64,000 nucleotides of DNA from Methylophilaceae bacterium (GCA_048595445.1 JBJPGD010000021.1:54196-118195), one strand, 5' to 3'. Positions 30,450 through 41,647 are shown, counted from the stretch's first letter. Translations and numbers: made by a program. The notes: generated by a model not told the origin, from the letters alone.

Positions 30450-31733
30450 TTAATCTGGCTGGTTTTCGTAAGTAAGCTGACCGTTCAGGAGTGTGTAATG
30501 GACTTTACCAGTCACGTCCATATTAAAGAAAGGAGTATTTTTACCTTGGCTTTTTAGGTTGTTGGCACTTACCTTCCAGTCCGCATCAAGGCTAAAAATG
30601 GCAATGTCTGCGTTTGCCCCTAAACTAAGATGCCCACTGTTAATACTTAATATTTCTGCGGGTTGGATTGTAATTCTAGCAATGGCATCATGCAGCTTCA
30701 TCTTACTGTTATTTGACCATTTAAGTGTTAACGGTAATAGCAATTCTAAGCCTGTTGCGCCGGCTTCAGCTTCGGCAAAAGGGACTAACTTCGCATCATC
30801 ATCGACAGGCGCGTGATCGGAGCAGATGGCATCAATGACACCTTCTTTTAAGCCTTGGCATAAAGCTTCTTTGTCTCGCGCTGTGCGTAAAGGTGGTTTG
30901 AGGTGTGCCAGTGTATTGAAGTAACCTATGTCGTGCTCTGTTAAGTGTAAATGATGCGCGCTGACATCAGCCGTTATTGAGACGCCATTCCTTTTAGCTT
31001 CTTTTACTAGTGCCACGCCCTCAGCTGTGGATAGGCGGCAAAAGTGGATCTTAGTTTTAGTTTCTGCAGCGATGCGTAGGACGGATGCAATCGTTAAAGA
31101 TTCTGCCGCACTGGGGATTCCTTTTAGGCCAAGTCGGCCAGCGACTTCCCCATCGTGAGCAATGCCATCTTTTGCAAGAAATGGCTCTTCTGGACGTAAA
31201 AAAATGGTGTAACCAAAAGTGGCAGCGTATTCAAAAGCACGCCACAGCACCTGTGTGTCTACAATGGGGCTATTTGCTTGCGTGAAACCAACGCAGCCAG
31301 CCTCTGCTAGTTCACACATTTCGGTGAGTGTTTTTCCTTCTAGTTTCTGCGTAAGTGCACCGATTGGGTAGATGCGGGCTAAGTTGTGCTTCCTTGCTCT
31401 ATGTTTTAGCATTTCTACTAAGCCAGGTTCGTCTAGCACTGGGTCAGTGTCAGGTGGACATGCTAGGCTAGTGACGCCACCTGCTGCTGCTGCATGCAAT
31501 TCACTTTCGAGTGTCGCTTTGTACTCATCACCTGGTTCACGTAGTCTGGCGCTCAAATCAACAAAGCCTGGTGCAACCATTAATCCTGTCGCATCAATGG
31601 TTTGATTTGCAGAAAACCCTTTAGGCGCTTCACCAATACCGACAACTTGCCCCGCAGCAATATAAACATCTAGTTTTGCATCAACTTTATTTTTAGGGTC
31701 TATTAGATGACCATTTTTAATCAGTATTTTCAT
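30450..31733 (-). CDS. pyrC': dihydroorotase-like protein, probably the non-catalytic ATCase partner (PyrC')
   Basis: 427-aa amidohydrolase fold. The canonical DxHxH metal site reads [11 protein letters not shown], with no His-x-His. Overlaps the pyrB stop. Confidence 0.8.
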   Translation of the reverse strand: MKILIKNGHLIDPKNKVDAKLDVYIAAGQVVGIGEAPKGFSANQTIDATGLMVAPGFVDLSARLREPGDEYKATLESELHAAAAGGVTSLACPPDTDPVLDEPGLVEMLKHRARKHNLARIYPIGALTQKLEGKTLTEMCELAEAGCVGFTQANSPIVDTQVLWRAFEYAATFGYTIFLRPEEPFLAKDGIAHDGEVAGRLGLKGIPSAAESLTIASVLRIAAETKTKIHFCRLSTAEGVALVKEAKRNGVSITADVSAHHLHLTEHDIGYFNTLAHLKPPLRTARDKEALCQGLKEGVIDAICSDHAPVDDDAKLVPFAEAEAGATGLELLLPLTLKWSNNSKMKLHDAIARITIQPAEILSINSGHLSLGANADIAIFSLDADWKVSANNLKSQGKNTPFFNMDVTGKVHYTLLNGQLTYENQPD

Positions 31734-32683
31734 GCTGCGCCTCCTGCAAGAATCGCCATGACAGCCATTCTGATGGCGATGCCATAGGTGACTTGCGGCA
31801 AAATAACAGATTGCTTTCCATCTGCTACACGAGAATCTATTTCTACACCTCTATTCATAGGGCCCGGGTGCATCACAATAGCATCAGGCTTGGCAAAGCT
31901 TAGTTTTTCTGGCGTAAGGCCATAGGTTTTAAAATACTCTTGTTCGCTTGGTAGCATGGCCCCAGTCATACGCTCTTTTTGTAAGCGCAACATCATCACG
32001 ACATCAACATCTTTAAGACCAGCTTTCATATCATGGAACACCTTAACCCCTAGTTTCTCAACTTCTTTTGGTAACAATGTTTTTGGTGCAATTACCCGAA
32101 CTTCTGGCACGCCTAACGTTGTTAACGCGTGTATTTCGCTACGCGCAACACGTGAATGTAGCACGTCTCCAACTAAAGCAACGCGCAAGTTATGCAATTC
32201 TGGTTTATAGCGACGTATTGTAAATACATCTAATAAGCCTTGAGTAGGGTGCGAGTGTCGACCATCTCCAGCATTCACGACGCTAATATTTTCTGGCACA
32301 TGCTGAGCGATTAAGTGCGCCGCGCCACTTTGATTATGTCGCACGACAAACATATCGGCATGCATGGCAATTAAATTATTAACCGTATCTAAAATAGCCT
32401 CGCCTTTAGATTGTGATGATGTGCCAACATTCAGGTTGATAACATCAGCTGATAAGCGTTTAGCTGCAATTTCAAAAGTAGTGCGGGTTCGTGTGCTATT
32501 TTCAAAGAAAATATTACAAACAGTTTTGCCTCTTAATAAAGGCACTTTTTTCACATCTCGCTCTGCTACACCAACAAATGATTCTGCAGTATCTAATATT
32601 TGTAGCAAAATATTTTTCGGTAAGCCTTCAATGCTGAGTAAGTGCTTAAGTGCGCCATCACTGGTGAGTTGTGGGTTATACAT
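31730..32683 (-). CDS. pyrB: aspartate carbamoyltransferase catalytic subunit
   Basis: Motifs STRTR and HPTQ. Start is uncertain (ATG 32683, ATG 32692 or TTG 32713). Confidence 0.92.
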   Translation of the reverse strand: MYNPQLTSDGALKHLLSIEGLPKNILLQILDTAESFVGVAERDVKKVPLLRGKTVCNIFFENSTRTRTTFEIAAKRLSADVINLNVGTSSQSKGEAILDTVNNLIAMHADMFVVRHNQSGAAHLIAQHVPENISVVNAGDGRHSHPTQGLLDVFTIRRYKPELHNLRVALVGDVLHSRVARSEIHALTTLGVPEVRVIAPKTLLPKEVEKLGVKVFHDMKAGLKDVDVVMMLRLQKERMTGAMLPSEQEYFKTYGLTPEKLSFAKPDAIVMHPGPMNRGVEIDSRVADGKQSVILPQVTYGIAIRMAVMAILAGGAA

Positions 32684-33191
32684 GGCTAACATCCCGGTCT
32701 TTTTCCAAAGCAAGGTTTAGCTTGCCTTGTGCATTTTGTGAAAGCTGGAAGCGTTGGTCGGGCTTAAGAAAAATATTTGCACCGACAATGTGTGGCTGAA
32801 TAGGTAGTTGTGCACCGCCGCGGTTAATCAACACAGCTAGTGTAATGCTAGCAGGGCGACCATAATCAAATAACTCATTGATGGCTGCCCGCGTGGTGCG
32901 CCCGGTGTAAAAAATATCGTCTATTAAAATAATATGTTTATCTTTTACATCAAAAGGAATGTTTGCAGGCTGCAGCTCATCTTTTAATCCACGTTTGGCA
33001 AAGTCGTCTCTATATAAAGCGGCATCTAATGTGCCGTAGGGCAGCTCTTGTTTGATATTGTCCAGCACGCGCTCCATTATCCAAACACCACCGCTATGGA
33101 TACCAATGACAGCAGTATCCGGCTGAATTAAATCGGCTATCTTGGCTGTTGTTTCTTCTAACAGCGTTTCTGGGTTTGGTAGTTGCATCAT
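32676..33191 (-). CDS. pyrR: bifunctional pyr operon regulator / uracil phosphoribosyltransferase
   Basis: PRPP-binding motif [12 protein letters not shown]. 171 aa. Upstream of pyrB. Confidence 0.9.
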   Translation of the reverse strand: MMQLPNPETLLEETTAKIADLIQPDTAVIGIHSGGVWIMERVLDNIKQELPYGTLDAALYRDDFAKRGLKDELQPANIPFDVKDKHIILIDDIFYTGRTTRAAINELFDYGRPASITLAVLINRGGAQLPIQPHIVGANIFLKPDQRFQLSQNAQGKLNLALEKDRDVSHV

Positions 33192-33203
33192 TTATGTTGC
33201 CTG

Positions 33204-33665
33204 TTAGCGATCAAAATAAGATTGTAATATGACTTGTGCGGCTACTGCATCAATTAATGTTTTCTGTTCGCGCCCTTTTATCCCAATTTCTGATAATTGT
33301 TGGGAAGCCTCTACCGAACTAAGTCGCTCATCCATCATCATCACTGGTATGTCGAAACGGCCTTCCAGCCGTTGTGCAAACTTTTTCGCTAAGTGTGTTA
33401 TTTGATGTTCAGTACCATCCAAATAGGTTGGCAAACCAACAATCAGTAGTTTTGGTTGCCATTCAGCTAATAGTGCAGCGATTTCTGCAAAGCGTACGTC
33501 GTTGAGTTCAGAGTCGATAGTGGTCAGTGCGTTGGCTGTTTTGATCAAGGTTTCACCGGCGGCTACACCGATACGTTTTTCACCAAAGTCAAATGCGAGT
33601 ACTGTGCCTTCTATATCTGCGTAGCTGCGTTCCAGTATCGGTAAGTGGCTTTGCGATAACATCAT
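33204..33665 (-). CDS. ruvX: putative pre-16S rRNA nuclease / Holliday-junction-resolvase-like
   Basis: YqgF pattern LAFDFGEKRIGVA...DERLSS. Confidence 0.9.
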   Translation of the reverse strand: MMLSQSHLPILERSYADIEGTVLAFDFGEKRIGVAAGETLIKTANALTTIDSELNDVRFAEIAALLAEWQPKLLIVGLPTYLDGTEHQITHLAKKFAQRLEGRFDIPVMMMDERLSSVEASQQLSEIGIKGREQKTLIDAVAAQVILQSYFDR

Positions 33666-34249
33666 GCGTGTCCTGCGACATCAGATAAGTTGCTTAAGTT
33701 TAACCCCATCATTTCCATGGCGAGGTTGAATCTGTTTCCGGCAGGTGCGTCGAAAATAATTTGGTGTAGCGCTTCTGTTTTGCTTGTTTCTAGGTTTAGC
33801 CAAGCATTCAGCCCCATCTCTTCTTCAAGCTGCCCAGCTGACCAACCAGCATAGCCGATGGCGACCAACATTTTTTCTGGCGCTTCATTACTGGCAGCCG
33901 CATTCAAAATATCTTTAGAAGTGGTAAGCGCGACAGAGTCATTAATGGCAATAGTAGAGTCGTACTCTACATTGGTTGGGTTGTGCAGTATAAAACCACG
34001 ATCTTGTTGTACAGGGCCGCCGACATAGAGGTCATCACCTAATATTGAAGAGGGCTGTGCTGTTAATTTAAACTGTTCAAATAAGCTAGATACTTGATGC
34101 TCAGAAGGTCTGTTGACGATGATGCCCATGGCGCCATCTTCATTATGTGTACAGATCAAAGTGATTGTTTGAGAAAATTGCGGGTCAGTCATGCTAGGCA
34201 TTGCAATGAGAAACTGACCTGTAAGATTTAAATTTTCCAATGTTCGCAT
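33662..34249 (-). CDS. yqgE: YqgE/AlgH-family protein
   Basis: LIAMPSM.DP.F..T...ICTHNEDGAMGIIVNRP pattern. Overlaps ruvX by 4 nt. Confidence 0.88.
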   Translation of the reverse strand: MRTLENLNLTGQFLIAMPSMTDPQFSQTITLICTHNEDGAMGIIVNRPSEHQVSSLFEQFKLTAQPSSILGDDLYVGGPVQQDRGFILHNPTNVEYDSTIAINDSVALTTSKDILNAAASNEAPEKMLVAIGYAGWSAGQLEEEMGLNAWLNLETSKTEALHQIIFDAPAGNRFNLAMEMMGLNLSNLSDVAGHA

Positions 34250-34327
34250 TCTAGCATATTTTCAATAAACACAGACCAATCATGGTGTTAGGTTTATACC
34301 TTTAGCGTTCAAACTGTTGTTTTTAGG

Positions 34328-35431
34328 TTACAGTTTTTCGGCTTCAAGATACCCTGTGATTTCTAAACCAAAGCCATCCATACTTGGCATTTTGCGTGGT
34401 GTTGCCATAAGTTTCATCTTGCGCACACCCAAATCTAGTAAAATCTGCGAGCCAATACCGTAAGTGCGTAGCTCTTGGTTGTAGCGTATTGGTTCATCTG
34501 CATTTTCGATGCGTTCAATTAAATCCGTACTAGATTCACTATGATAAAGCAGCACCATGACGCCACTCTCAGCTTTCGAGATGGCTTGCATCGCATTTAA
34601 AGTGCTCCAGCTATGCGTTAAGCTACTGCTGTCTAAAAGGTCAAATACCGACAGTGGTTCATGTACACGTACCAGTGTCTCTTTATCAGGGTTAGGCTCA
34701 CCTTTAATAAGCGCCAAGTGTGTTTCTTTAGAAATTTTATCGCGATAAGCGATTAAATGCATTTTGCCGTACGGTGTTGTTATTTCACGCTCTATTGCGC
34801 GCTCGATAAGTTTTTCATTTTCACTGCGGTAACGAATTAGATCGGCAATCGTCCCAATTTTAATTTGATGTTGTGCGGCTATTTCAACTAAGTCAGGCAA
34901 GCGCGCCATTTCACCATCATCTTTTAGAATCTCACAAATCACACTGGAGGGATCTAGACCAGCGAGCGCAGCTAAGTCCGAGCCTGCTTCTGTATGGCCC
35001 GCACGCACCAGTACGCCACCATTCATTGCTTTGAGTGGGAACACGTGACCAGGGCTGACGATACTTTTTGCATTAGCATCTTTTGCTACCGCTGCTTGAA
35101 TTGTTTTTGCACGGTCAGCAGCAGAAATGCCTGTGGTGACTCCATTCGATGCTTCTATTGAAACCGTAAAGTTAGTGCCGAGACGTGTGCCGTTGTTATC
35201 CACCATTGGTGGCAGGTCTAGTTGATGACATCTTTTTTCATCAAGCGTTAAGCAAATTAAACCACGTCCATATTTCGCCATAAAGTTGATATTTTCAGCA
35301 GTAGCAAACTCAGCGGCAATGACAAAGTCACCTTCGTTCTCACGATTTTCATCATCCACTAAGATAACCATCTTGCCGCTTTTAATATCGGCAATAATTT
35401 CTGAAACAGGGCTGATTCTTTTTATTGGCAT
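34328..35431 (-). CDS. ribBA: 3,4-dihydroxy-2-butanone-4-phosphate synthase fused to a degenerate GTP-cyclohydrolase-II-like domain
   Basis: The N-terminal RibB domain is intact ([17 protein letters not shown]). In the C-terminal half, the RibA RVHSEC...C.C Zn motif is replaced by [15 protein letters not shown]. Confidence 0.88.
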   Translation of the reverse strand: MPIKRISPVSEIIADIKSGKMVILVDDENRENEGDFVIAAEFATAENINFMAKYGRGLICLTLDEKRCHQLDLPPMVDNNGTRLGTNFTVSIEASNGVTTGISAADRAKTIQAAVAKDANAKSIVSPGHVFPLKAMNGGVLVRAGHTEAGSDLAALAGLDPSSVICEILKDDGEMARLPDLVEIAAQHQIKIGTIADLIRYRSENEKLIERAIEREITTPYGKMHLIAYRDKISKETHLALIKGEPNPDKETLVRVHEPLSVFDLLDSSSLTHSWSTLNAMQAISKAESGVMVLLYHSESSTDLIERIENADEPIRYNQELRTYGIGSQILLDLGVRKMKLMATPRKMPSMDGFGLEITGYLEAEKL

Positions 35432-35434
35432 TTA

Positions 35435-36031
35435 TTAACTTTCACTTTCCCACTGCTGTAAGCGTTCTACATAGCGTGCAATTTGATCTATTTCTAAATT
35501 CACCTGGCTACTGACATTGAGTTTACCAAGCGTTGTTTTTTCGATTGTGTGCGGAATGATGTTGACGGTAAATACATCTTTTTCAATCGTGTTAACCGTT
35601 AAACTGACGCCATTGATGCAAATAGAGCCTTTGCGTGCAATGTATTTTGAAATGGCATGCGGTGTTTTAATCGCGAGTAGCCAGCAATCATTAACCGGCT
35701 CGAGTCTCTCTACTAGCCCTACACCATCTATGTGACCACTAACTAGGTGGCCACCTAAGCTGTCATTTAGGCATAGTGCTTTTTCTAAATTGACATGGCT
35801 TTTAGTATCTAGCCCTACCGTTACGCTTAATGTCTCTTTAGAAACATTCGCTTCAAAGTGTGTTGCGCTAAGTTGAGTGGCCGTTAAGCAAACACCATTC
35901 ACAGCAATGCTATCGCCTTCTTTCAGGTCGGTTAGCTGTAAACCTGCTGCATTAATGCTGATTTTAATATCACCATTAGTAGATTGAATGGATTCAATTT
36001 GACCTAAGGCTTGAATAATTCCTGTAAACAT
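35435..36031 (-). CDS. ribE: riboflavin synthase
   Basis: [11 protein letters not shown]-terminus. Two lumazine-binding repeats. 198 aa. Confidence 0.92.
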   Translation of the reverse strand: MFTGIIQALGQIESIQSTNGDIKISINAAGLQLTDLKEGDSIAVNGVCLTATQLSATHFEANVSKETLSVTVGLDTKSHVNLEKALCLNDSLGGHLVSGHIDGVGLVERLEPVNDCWLLAIKTPHAISKYIARKGSICINGVSLTVNTIEKDVFTVNIIPHTIEKTTLGKLNVSSQVNLEIDQIARYVERLQQWESES

Positions 36032-36104
36032 ACCGCAATTTTAACAGTAGTAAGCGTTTTTTATTTAAGTATTCAATATTAGAAAGAGAGGCTTATTTAA
36101 AAGT

Positions 36105-36119
36105 TGGCATGGAGATTGC
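36105..36119 (+). promoter_or_regulatory. sigma-54 (-24/-12) promoter upstream of the first paralogue
   Basis: TGGCATggagaTTGC matches TGGCAC-N5-TTGC in 14 of 15 fixed/spacing positions. It lies 42 nt before the ATG at 36161. Confidence 0.65.
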
Positions 36120-36160
36120 TGCTTATGACTTAAGCAAGATGATTTAAAAGGAAAAGTAAG

Positions 36161-37813
36161 ATGTTAGCTAACGTATTAGAAACTGCAAGAAAAACAATCA
36201 AACATGGCGTTTTTACTCAAGACATTGAGTGGTTAGATACGCTGTCTGGGATGACAGAATTAGAATCGTTAATTACGATTAAAGATGAGTTGTCCAAAAT
36301 TGATTTTCTTGACCTTAAGCGTTTGGAAAGCAAGGTAGATTTTGTGTTAGAGGTTGACAAATCTACTTATAAAAAAGTTAAACATATAACACATAACTAT
36401 TTGATTGAATTAAAAAATAATAAAGAGTTAAAAAAAGACATTCAAGTTGTAGCATATGAATATCATAGACAGTTGTATGCAGCTTATTCGCAAATCCTAG
36501 ATGCCTATCAGGCGCAGGAAAAAGTAAAACTTAGTGCAAAGAAAACAAATTTACTATTAGCGCGTTATTTAAATGCAACATTCATGATGTCAAAATGGCG
36601 TTATTTTGACGATCAGTCTGCCCCTATAGGTGTTTGGGAAAATGTGCACAAAGTCATCAAGCTTGCCGAAGAATTGGCAATGATCAACCAACATATATTT
36701 TTATATGATTTCCAGATTAAAGAGACAAGTATTGCGACTATTTTAAAACGCGGGTTTATGGTTGATACCTTACATAAAGGAAATTATAGCCAATTAGAAA
36801 TCGAGTTGACTGATCGCATATTAAAAATATGGGCGTCAAACCCATTGATCGTCAATACTTATAAAGCGGATCGTTATCATTTCTTTATACAGTTAGAAGG
36901 TGATAAAGGGCCGGACAGAATGCGGATGAAAGAAAAGTTCAGCAACTGTCGTTACTGGAAGACCACACGGCTAATCGATTTAATGGAGGCATACTTATGT
37001 GCTGTCGATATGCAAAAACCGTTAAGAGAATTTGGCTTAGAAAAAATAGCGCCTAGTTCTGTTGTCTTAAAATTATTTAAGAAGTTAAGAGTGGATTGGT
37101 GTGTAGAAGGGTATTCACGTCAACGCAGAGTCGAAGAAAGAAATCAAAAGAACAGCTTATTAAATGTTAGTCATGGCCTCGATTCTATTCATCAGCGCTT
37201 AATGCGTATACAAGTGCAGCAGCAAAAAGAAGCCGCGAAAGACGCAGGATTTACTTTTGAGTTAAATGCGACGCAACAAAATAACGATGCACCACCAGCT
37301 CAGCCTGCAAGAGTGCTAGGGTCTGAAAACTGGTGGATGGTAGATGAAAGCAAAAGTGGCTTTGCCGTTGATTTTGGTAAAGAACCTGCAGATTGGGTTG
37401 AAACTGGCGGCTTGATCGGTTATAGCGAAATGGGCTATCAGAAAACTTTTAATATTGCAGAAATTAGAAGTGTCAGAAAACTGCCCAATGGCGCATACAG
37501 AGCCGGGTTTAAAAAAATCTCTCACAATGTTATAGCGGTGAAAGTTAGTCGTGTAGAAAAAACATCGATTGCGCAACCAGTATCAGGTTTTTATGTAGAC
37601 GAAGGCGAAGAGAGCATCAACTATTCTGATGAATTCACAGGGTTGCTGGTTGACGATGATGGCAATAATTTCTCTAAGCTACTGATGCCAAGAAAACGAT
37701 TTAAGCGTGGTGGTACCTTTAATGTCAATATTGATGGAGAAAATCAATTTATAACGGCAGGGAAAGTCATTACAAAACATAATGACTGGATACTTTTTGA
37801 CACGCTTATTTAG
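36161..37813 (+). CDS. uncharacterised 550-aa protein, paralogue A, with PilZ-like QRRxxxR...DxSxxG signature
   Basis: Long ORF with AAAGGAAAAG upstream of the ATG. Collinear with the next ORF. QRRVEER at residues 321-327 and DESKSG at 395-400. Confidence 0.7.
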   Translation: MLANVLETARKTIKHGVFTQDIEWLDTLSGMTELESLITIKDELSKIDFLDLKRLESKVDFVLEVDKSTYKKVKHITHNYLIELKNNKELKKDIQVVAYEYHRQLYAAYSQILDAYQAQEKVKLSAKKTNLLLARYLNATFMMSKWRYFDDQSAPIGVWENVHKVIKLAEELAMINQHIFLYDFQIKETSIATILKRGFMVDTLHKGNYSQLEIELTDRILKIWASNPLIVNTYKADRYHFFIQLEGDKGPDRMRMKEKFSNCRYWKTTRLIDLMEAYLCAVDMQKPLREFGLEKIAPSSVVLKLFKKLRVDWCVEGYSRQRRVEERNQKNSLLNVSHGLDSIHQRLMRIQVQQQKEAAKDAGFTFELNATQQNNDAPPAQPARVLGSENWWMVDESKSGFAVDFGKEPADWVETGGLIGYSEMGYQKTFNIAEIRSVRKLPNGAYRAGFKKISHNVIAVKVSRVEKTSIAQPVSGFYVDEGEESINYSDEFTGLLVDDDGNNFSKLLMPRKRFKRGGTFNVNIDGENQFITAGKVITKHNDWILFDTLI

Positions 37814-37912
37814 CATTGTTACGCCATTCTACTTTTTTGTAAGAACCACTTCTAGGTGGTGCGAAATTCACAATAAGCGTCATATATCATTAAATGAGAA
37901 AGCTTCTTCACC

Positions 37913-39571
37913 ATGTTAAATAATGTAATGCATCAGGTTAATCAAGTATTCAGCCATCAGGCTTTACAACCCGAGGTTAATTGGGATGATGATTTTTCTG
38001 GAATGACAGAATTAGAGGCTTTGATTAAAGTTAAAGATAGCTTGTCAACAATTAACTTGCTGCAGAAGGCGAGTCTAAAAGATAACGTGCAATATATCTT
38101 AGACCTAGATGAAAAGACCTACCGAAAGCTTCAGAATATTACACATAACTATTTAACTTCTGTGAAAGGCAATAAAAAGCTAAGAACGATGATTGAGGTG
38201 GCGGTATTTGAATACCTTAGGCAGCTGTATGCAGTATATACATGGGTTGTTTCAGATTGCCAGTATCAGAATCAATTAAATTTTGATGTGGAAAGAATCA
38301 ACCTTATTTTGGCGCGTTATTTAAACACTATATTCATGATGTCGAAATGGAATTACTTTGATGGCCGACCTGCTCCTCTCGGTACATGGAGCAATGTGCA
38401 TAGTGCCATTAAAGAAGCTGAAAATTTATCAGTCGTGAATAAGAATTTATTTTTATACAACTTTCAAAAGAAAGAGATCAGTATTGCAACAATATTAGAG
38501 CGAGGTTTCATGCTCGATACCTTGCAAAAAGAAAGCTACACCCCGCTACAATTAGAACTTGCCGATAGAGTATTAAAGACTTGGTCATCTAACCCAGTCA
38601 TATCAAAAGAGTTTCACAAAGATGAGTATCAGTTTTTTATTCATTTAGATGAAGATAACAAGCCGCAAAGACTACGCAATGCAAAGCAACACCCTAACTT
38701 TCGTTATTGGAAAACAGCTGCTACTGTTGATTTGATTGAAACATACTTATGTGCCGTTGATACAAGAAAATCGCTAGATGAATTTAATCTCGTCACAATG
38801 GCAGCAACTGAAGATATCGTAAATTTATTTAAAAAGTTACGTGTAGATTGGTGTGTAAAAGGATATAAGCGTCAGCGTAGAAAAGAACAAAGGGTTGCTA
38901 AACAAAATGTGATTCGAGTAAGTTTAGGTATTGATCAAATTTGTGCGATGAATAAAAAAAGTGTGCAAATTAATACTAATCTAACAGTTTCAGAAACACA
39001 GCATTACGATTCAAGCTTAACGTTAGCGAAAGGGAATACGCTGAAACAGCCCAGTGGCAATCAATTTGATCTGTCTGGGTTGCAGAGATGGACGATGTTA
39101 GAAGAAAGTGATAGTGGTTTCTCTGTGGAATTAGATGAGGGTATGAGCATTCTAATTCGGGCTGGCTCTTTGGTTGGTTATAACGCAATTGGAAATAAGA
39201 GCAGAATAGCGGTTGCCGAAATTAAAAATGTTAAGAAAAATAAGAATGGCACCTATAGGGTGGGGTTAAATAAAGTAGCGAGCAGCGTTATAGCGACAAA
39301 ACTTTCGCGCGTGCAAAAAAATTATAAACAAGAAGCCACCCCAGATTATTACGTTGACGACGGAGAAGGCAATTTAACCTTTTCCACCGAGTTTGCAGGG
39401 TTGTTAGTTAATGATGATATTGCAGGAAAACTTAGAGTAATAACTCCGCAAATGCAATACAAGCGTGCACAACGCTATCAAGTCAATATGTATGGTGAAA
39501 ATCATGTGGTACTCGCAGGAGAAGTGGTTAAGCGCAACCGTGATTGGGTGTGCTTTGAAATAATCGCTTAA
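37913..39571 (+). CDS. uncharacterised 552-aa protein, paralogue B
   Basis: About 42% identical to paralogue A (42 of the first 100 residues by hand count). QRRKEQR at residues 321-327 and EESDSG at 397-402. Confidence 0.7.
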   Translation: MLNNVMHQVNQVFSHQALQPEVNWDDDFSGMTELEALIKVKDSLSTINLLQKASLKDNVQYILDLDEKTYRKLQNITHNYLTSVKGNKKLRTMIEVAVFEYLRQLYAVYTWVVSDCQYQNQLNFDVERINLILARYLNTIFMMSKWNYFDGRPAPLGTWSNVHSAIKEAENLSVVNKNLFLYNFQKKEISIATILERGFMLDTLQKESYTPLQLELADRVLKTWSSNPVISKEFHKDEYQFFIHLDEDNKPQRLRNAKQHPNFRYWKTAATVDLIETYLCAVDTRKSLDEFNLVTMAATEDIVNLFKKLRVDWCVKGYKRQRRKEQRVAKQNVIRVSLGIDQICAMNKKSVQINTNLTVSETQHYDSSLTLAKGNTLKQPSGNQFDLSGLQRWTMLEESDSGFSVELDEGMSILIRAGSLVGYNAIGNKSRIAVAEIKNVKKNKNGTYRVGLNKVASSVIATKLSRVQKNYKQEATPDYYVDDGEGNLTFSTEFAGLLVNDDIAGKLRVITPQMQYKRAQRYQVNMYGENHVVLAGEVVKRNRDWVCFEIIA

Positions 39572-39635
39572 GATTTATATTAAAAAAATTCATATTGGTT
39601 GAAATCTTAACGGTATATGCTGTTAAGATTTCGCA

Positions 39636-40919
39636 ATGTCATTTTTCAGCAATTTTTTCTCAAAACTCCAGCTGCCTTATGAGCTGTTTGTCGGCTTCCG
39701 CTATACCCGCGCAAAACGTAAAAATCACTTTATTTCCTTTATCTCATTAACCAGTATGGTCGGTATTGCGCTAGGCGTTGCCGCATTAATCATTGTACTT
39801 TCTGTGATGAATGGCTTTCAATCAGAATTGCGCAGCCGTATTCTTGGTGTTGCTTCTCATATTGAAATTACTGAAAACAGTAACCGACTCGAAAACTGGC
39901 AAGACCTAGCCAATCAAGTTGATGCACTGCCTAACACGCAAGCAAATGCGCCATATGTAATGGCGCAAGGTATGCTGAGTTATGGTCAGGCTGTGCAAGG
40001 TGCATTAGTCCGGGGTATCTTACCAAGTGAAGAGGATAAAGTTGCTGATTTAGGTAAAAACATGCAGGTTGGACAACTTGCCGACTTGCGGGCAGGTGAG
40101 TTTAATATCATCCTCGGTGCAGATTTGGCGCGCTCATTAGGTGTCAATATTGGTGAAAAACTAGTATTGATGGCCCCGCAAGGTCAATTTACGCCTACTG
40201 GTGTTGTGCCACGTATTAAACAATTTAATGTAGTCGGCTTGTTTCAAATCGGCATGTATGAATATGATGCAGGTTTGGCGCTTATTCACATGAGTGATGC
40301 GGCTAAGCTCTACCGTATGGGTGATAAAGTTTCAGGGCTGCGTTTGAAAATTAATGACTTGTTTGATGCGCCAGCCATGACGGCCGAGTTAGGCAAAACG
40401 CTTACGCCATTAGGTGCGTACTATATTACCGATTGGACACAGCAACACGCGAACTTTTTTAAAGCGGTGCAGCTAGAAAAGCGCGTGATGTTTATTATCC
40501 TTACCTTAATTGTGGCAGTCGCAGCGTTTAATATTGTTTCAACCCTAGTGATGGCGGTAACCGATAAGCGGGCAGATATTGCCATTATGCGTACGCTAGG
40601 TGCTAGCCCACGTAGCATTATGCAAATTTTCATTGTTCAAGGAGCACTCATCGGGATTATAGGCACATTTTTCGGCGCACTTTTCGGGGTTGTGATCGCA
40701 CTGAATATTGACACCATCATCCCATTTATTGAGAACTTATTCCAAGTGCAGTTCCTAGCAAAAGATGTGTATTATATTAGCGAGTTACCTTCAAAATTAG
40801 AGTTGAATGATGCGGTTACAGTGATTCTTACTTCTATTGTATTAAGCTTATTTGCCACGCTGTACCCAAGCTATAAAGCCTCTCAAATCAACCCAGCGGA
40901 GGCTTTGCGTTATGAGTAG
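39636..40919 (+). CDS. lolC: lipoprotein-releasing ABC transporter permease
   Basis: 427 aa. [18 protein letters not shown]-terminus, large periplasmic loop and C-terminal FtsX domain. Confidence 0.9.
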   Translation: MSFFSNFFSKLQLPYELFVGFRYTRAKRKNHFISFISLTSMVGIALGVAALIIVLSVMNGFQSELRSRILGVASHIEITENSNRLENWQDLANQVDALPNTQANAPYVMAQGMLSYGQAVQGALVRGILPSEEDKVADLGKNMQVGQLADLRAGEFNIILGADLARSLGVNIGEKLVLMAPQGQFTPTGVVPRIKQFNVVGLFQIGMYEYDAGLALIHMSDAAKLYRMGDKVSGLRLKINDLFDAPAMTAELGKTLTPLGAYYITDWTQQHANFFKAVQLEKRVMFIILTLIVAVAAFNIVSTLVMAVTDKRADIAIMRTLGASPRSIMQIFIVQGALIGIIGTFFGALFGVVIALNIDTIIPFIENLFQVQFLAKDVYYISELPSKLELNDAVTVILTSIVLSLFATLYPSYKASQINPAEALRYE

Positions 40920-41586
40920 CATTATCCGTTGTGAAGACTTAAAGAAAACCTATACCGGTTTAGATGTTGCCGTATTAAATGGTATTGATTTCAATGTAAA
41001 TAAAGGCGAGCAAATCGCTATTGTCGGCGCTTCTGGTTCAGGCAAAAGCACATTGCTCCACTTGCTAGGTGGCCTAGATACACCAACGAACGGCACAGTC
41101 GAGCTGCTTGGCAACAACTTAAGCAATATGTCTGAAGCGAGAAAAGGTCAAATCCGCAACGACTCCCTTGGCTTTGTATACCAGTTCCATCATCTGCTAC
41201 CAGAATTTACCGCCATAGAAAATGTCGCCATGCCATTATTGATTCGCCGTATGGAGCGTGAGCAAGCATTGGCCATGGCTAAATCTATGTTGGATAAAGT
41301 CGGCATGTCGCATCGTGTAGAACATATGCCAAGTGAGCTTTCTGGCGGTGAGCGCCAACGTGTCGCTTTAGCGCGTGCATTAGTAACTGAGCCAGCTGCT
41401 ATATTGGCCGACGAGCCAACAGGCAACTTGGATAGAGTGACAGCAGACCAAGTGTTTGACTTGTTGATTGAAATTAACGCAGTGTTGAATACTAGCCTAA
41501 TCGTTGTGACACATGACCTGACCTTGGCGAGTAAAATGCAAAGGCAATATAGATTAGAGGATGGTAAATTAGTGGCTTTTTCTTAG
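40912..41586 (+). CDS. lolD: lipoprotein-releasing ABC transporter ATP-binding protein
   Basis: Walker [10 protein letters not shown], signature LSGGERQR. The ATG at 40912 overlaps the lolC stop, so I rejected the ORF-track N-terminal extension. Confidence 0.93.
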   Translation: MSSIIRCEDLKKTYTGLDVAVLNGIDFNVNKGEQIAIVGASGSGKSTLLHLLGGLDTPTNGTVELLGNNLSNMSEARKGQIRNDSLGFVYQFHHLLPEFTAIENVAMPLLIRRMEREQALAMAKSMLDKVGMSHRVEHMPSELSGGERQRVALARALVTEPAAILADEPTGNLDRVTADQVFDLLIEINAVLNTSLIVVTHDLTLASKMQRQYRLEDGKLVAFS

Positions 41587-41604
41587 CTTATCTAAAAACG
41601 TAAT

Positions 41605-41637
41605 TAAAAAAGGACAAGTGACACTTGTCCTTTTTTT
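41605..41637. terminator. bidirectional rho-independent terminator
   Basis: AAAAAAAGGACAAGtgacaCTTGTCCTTTTTTT. Confidence 0.75.
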
Positions 41638-41647
41638 AATGGCTTGC

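Noticed and set aside
36032-36160. FMN (RFN) riboswitch upstream of ribE/ribBA.
   Set aside because: The 129-bp leader is AT-rich. It lacks the conserved G-rich RFN core helices and instead carries the divergent sigma-54 promoter.
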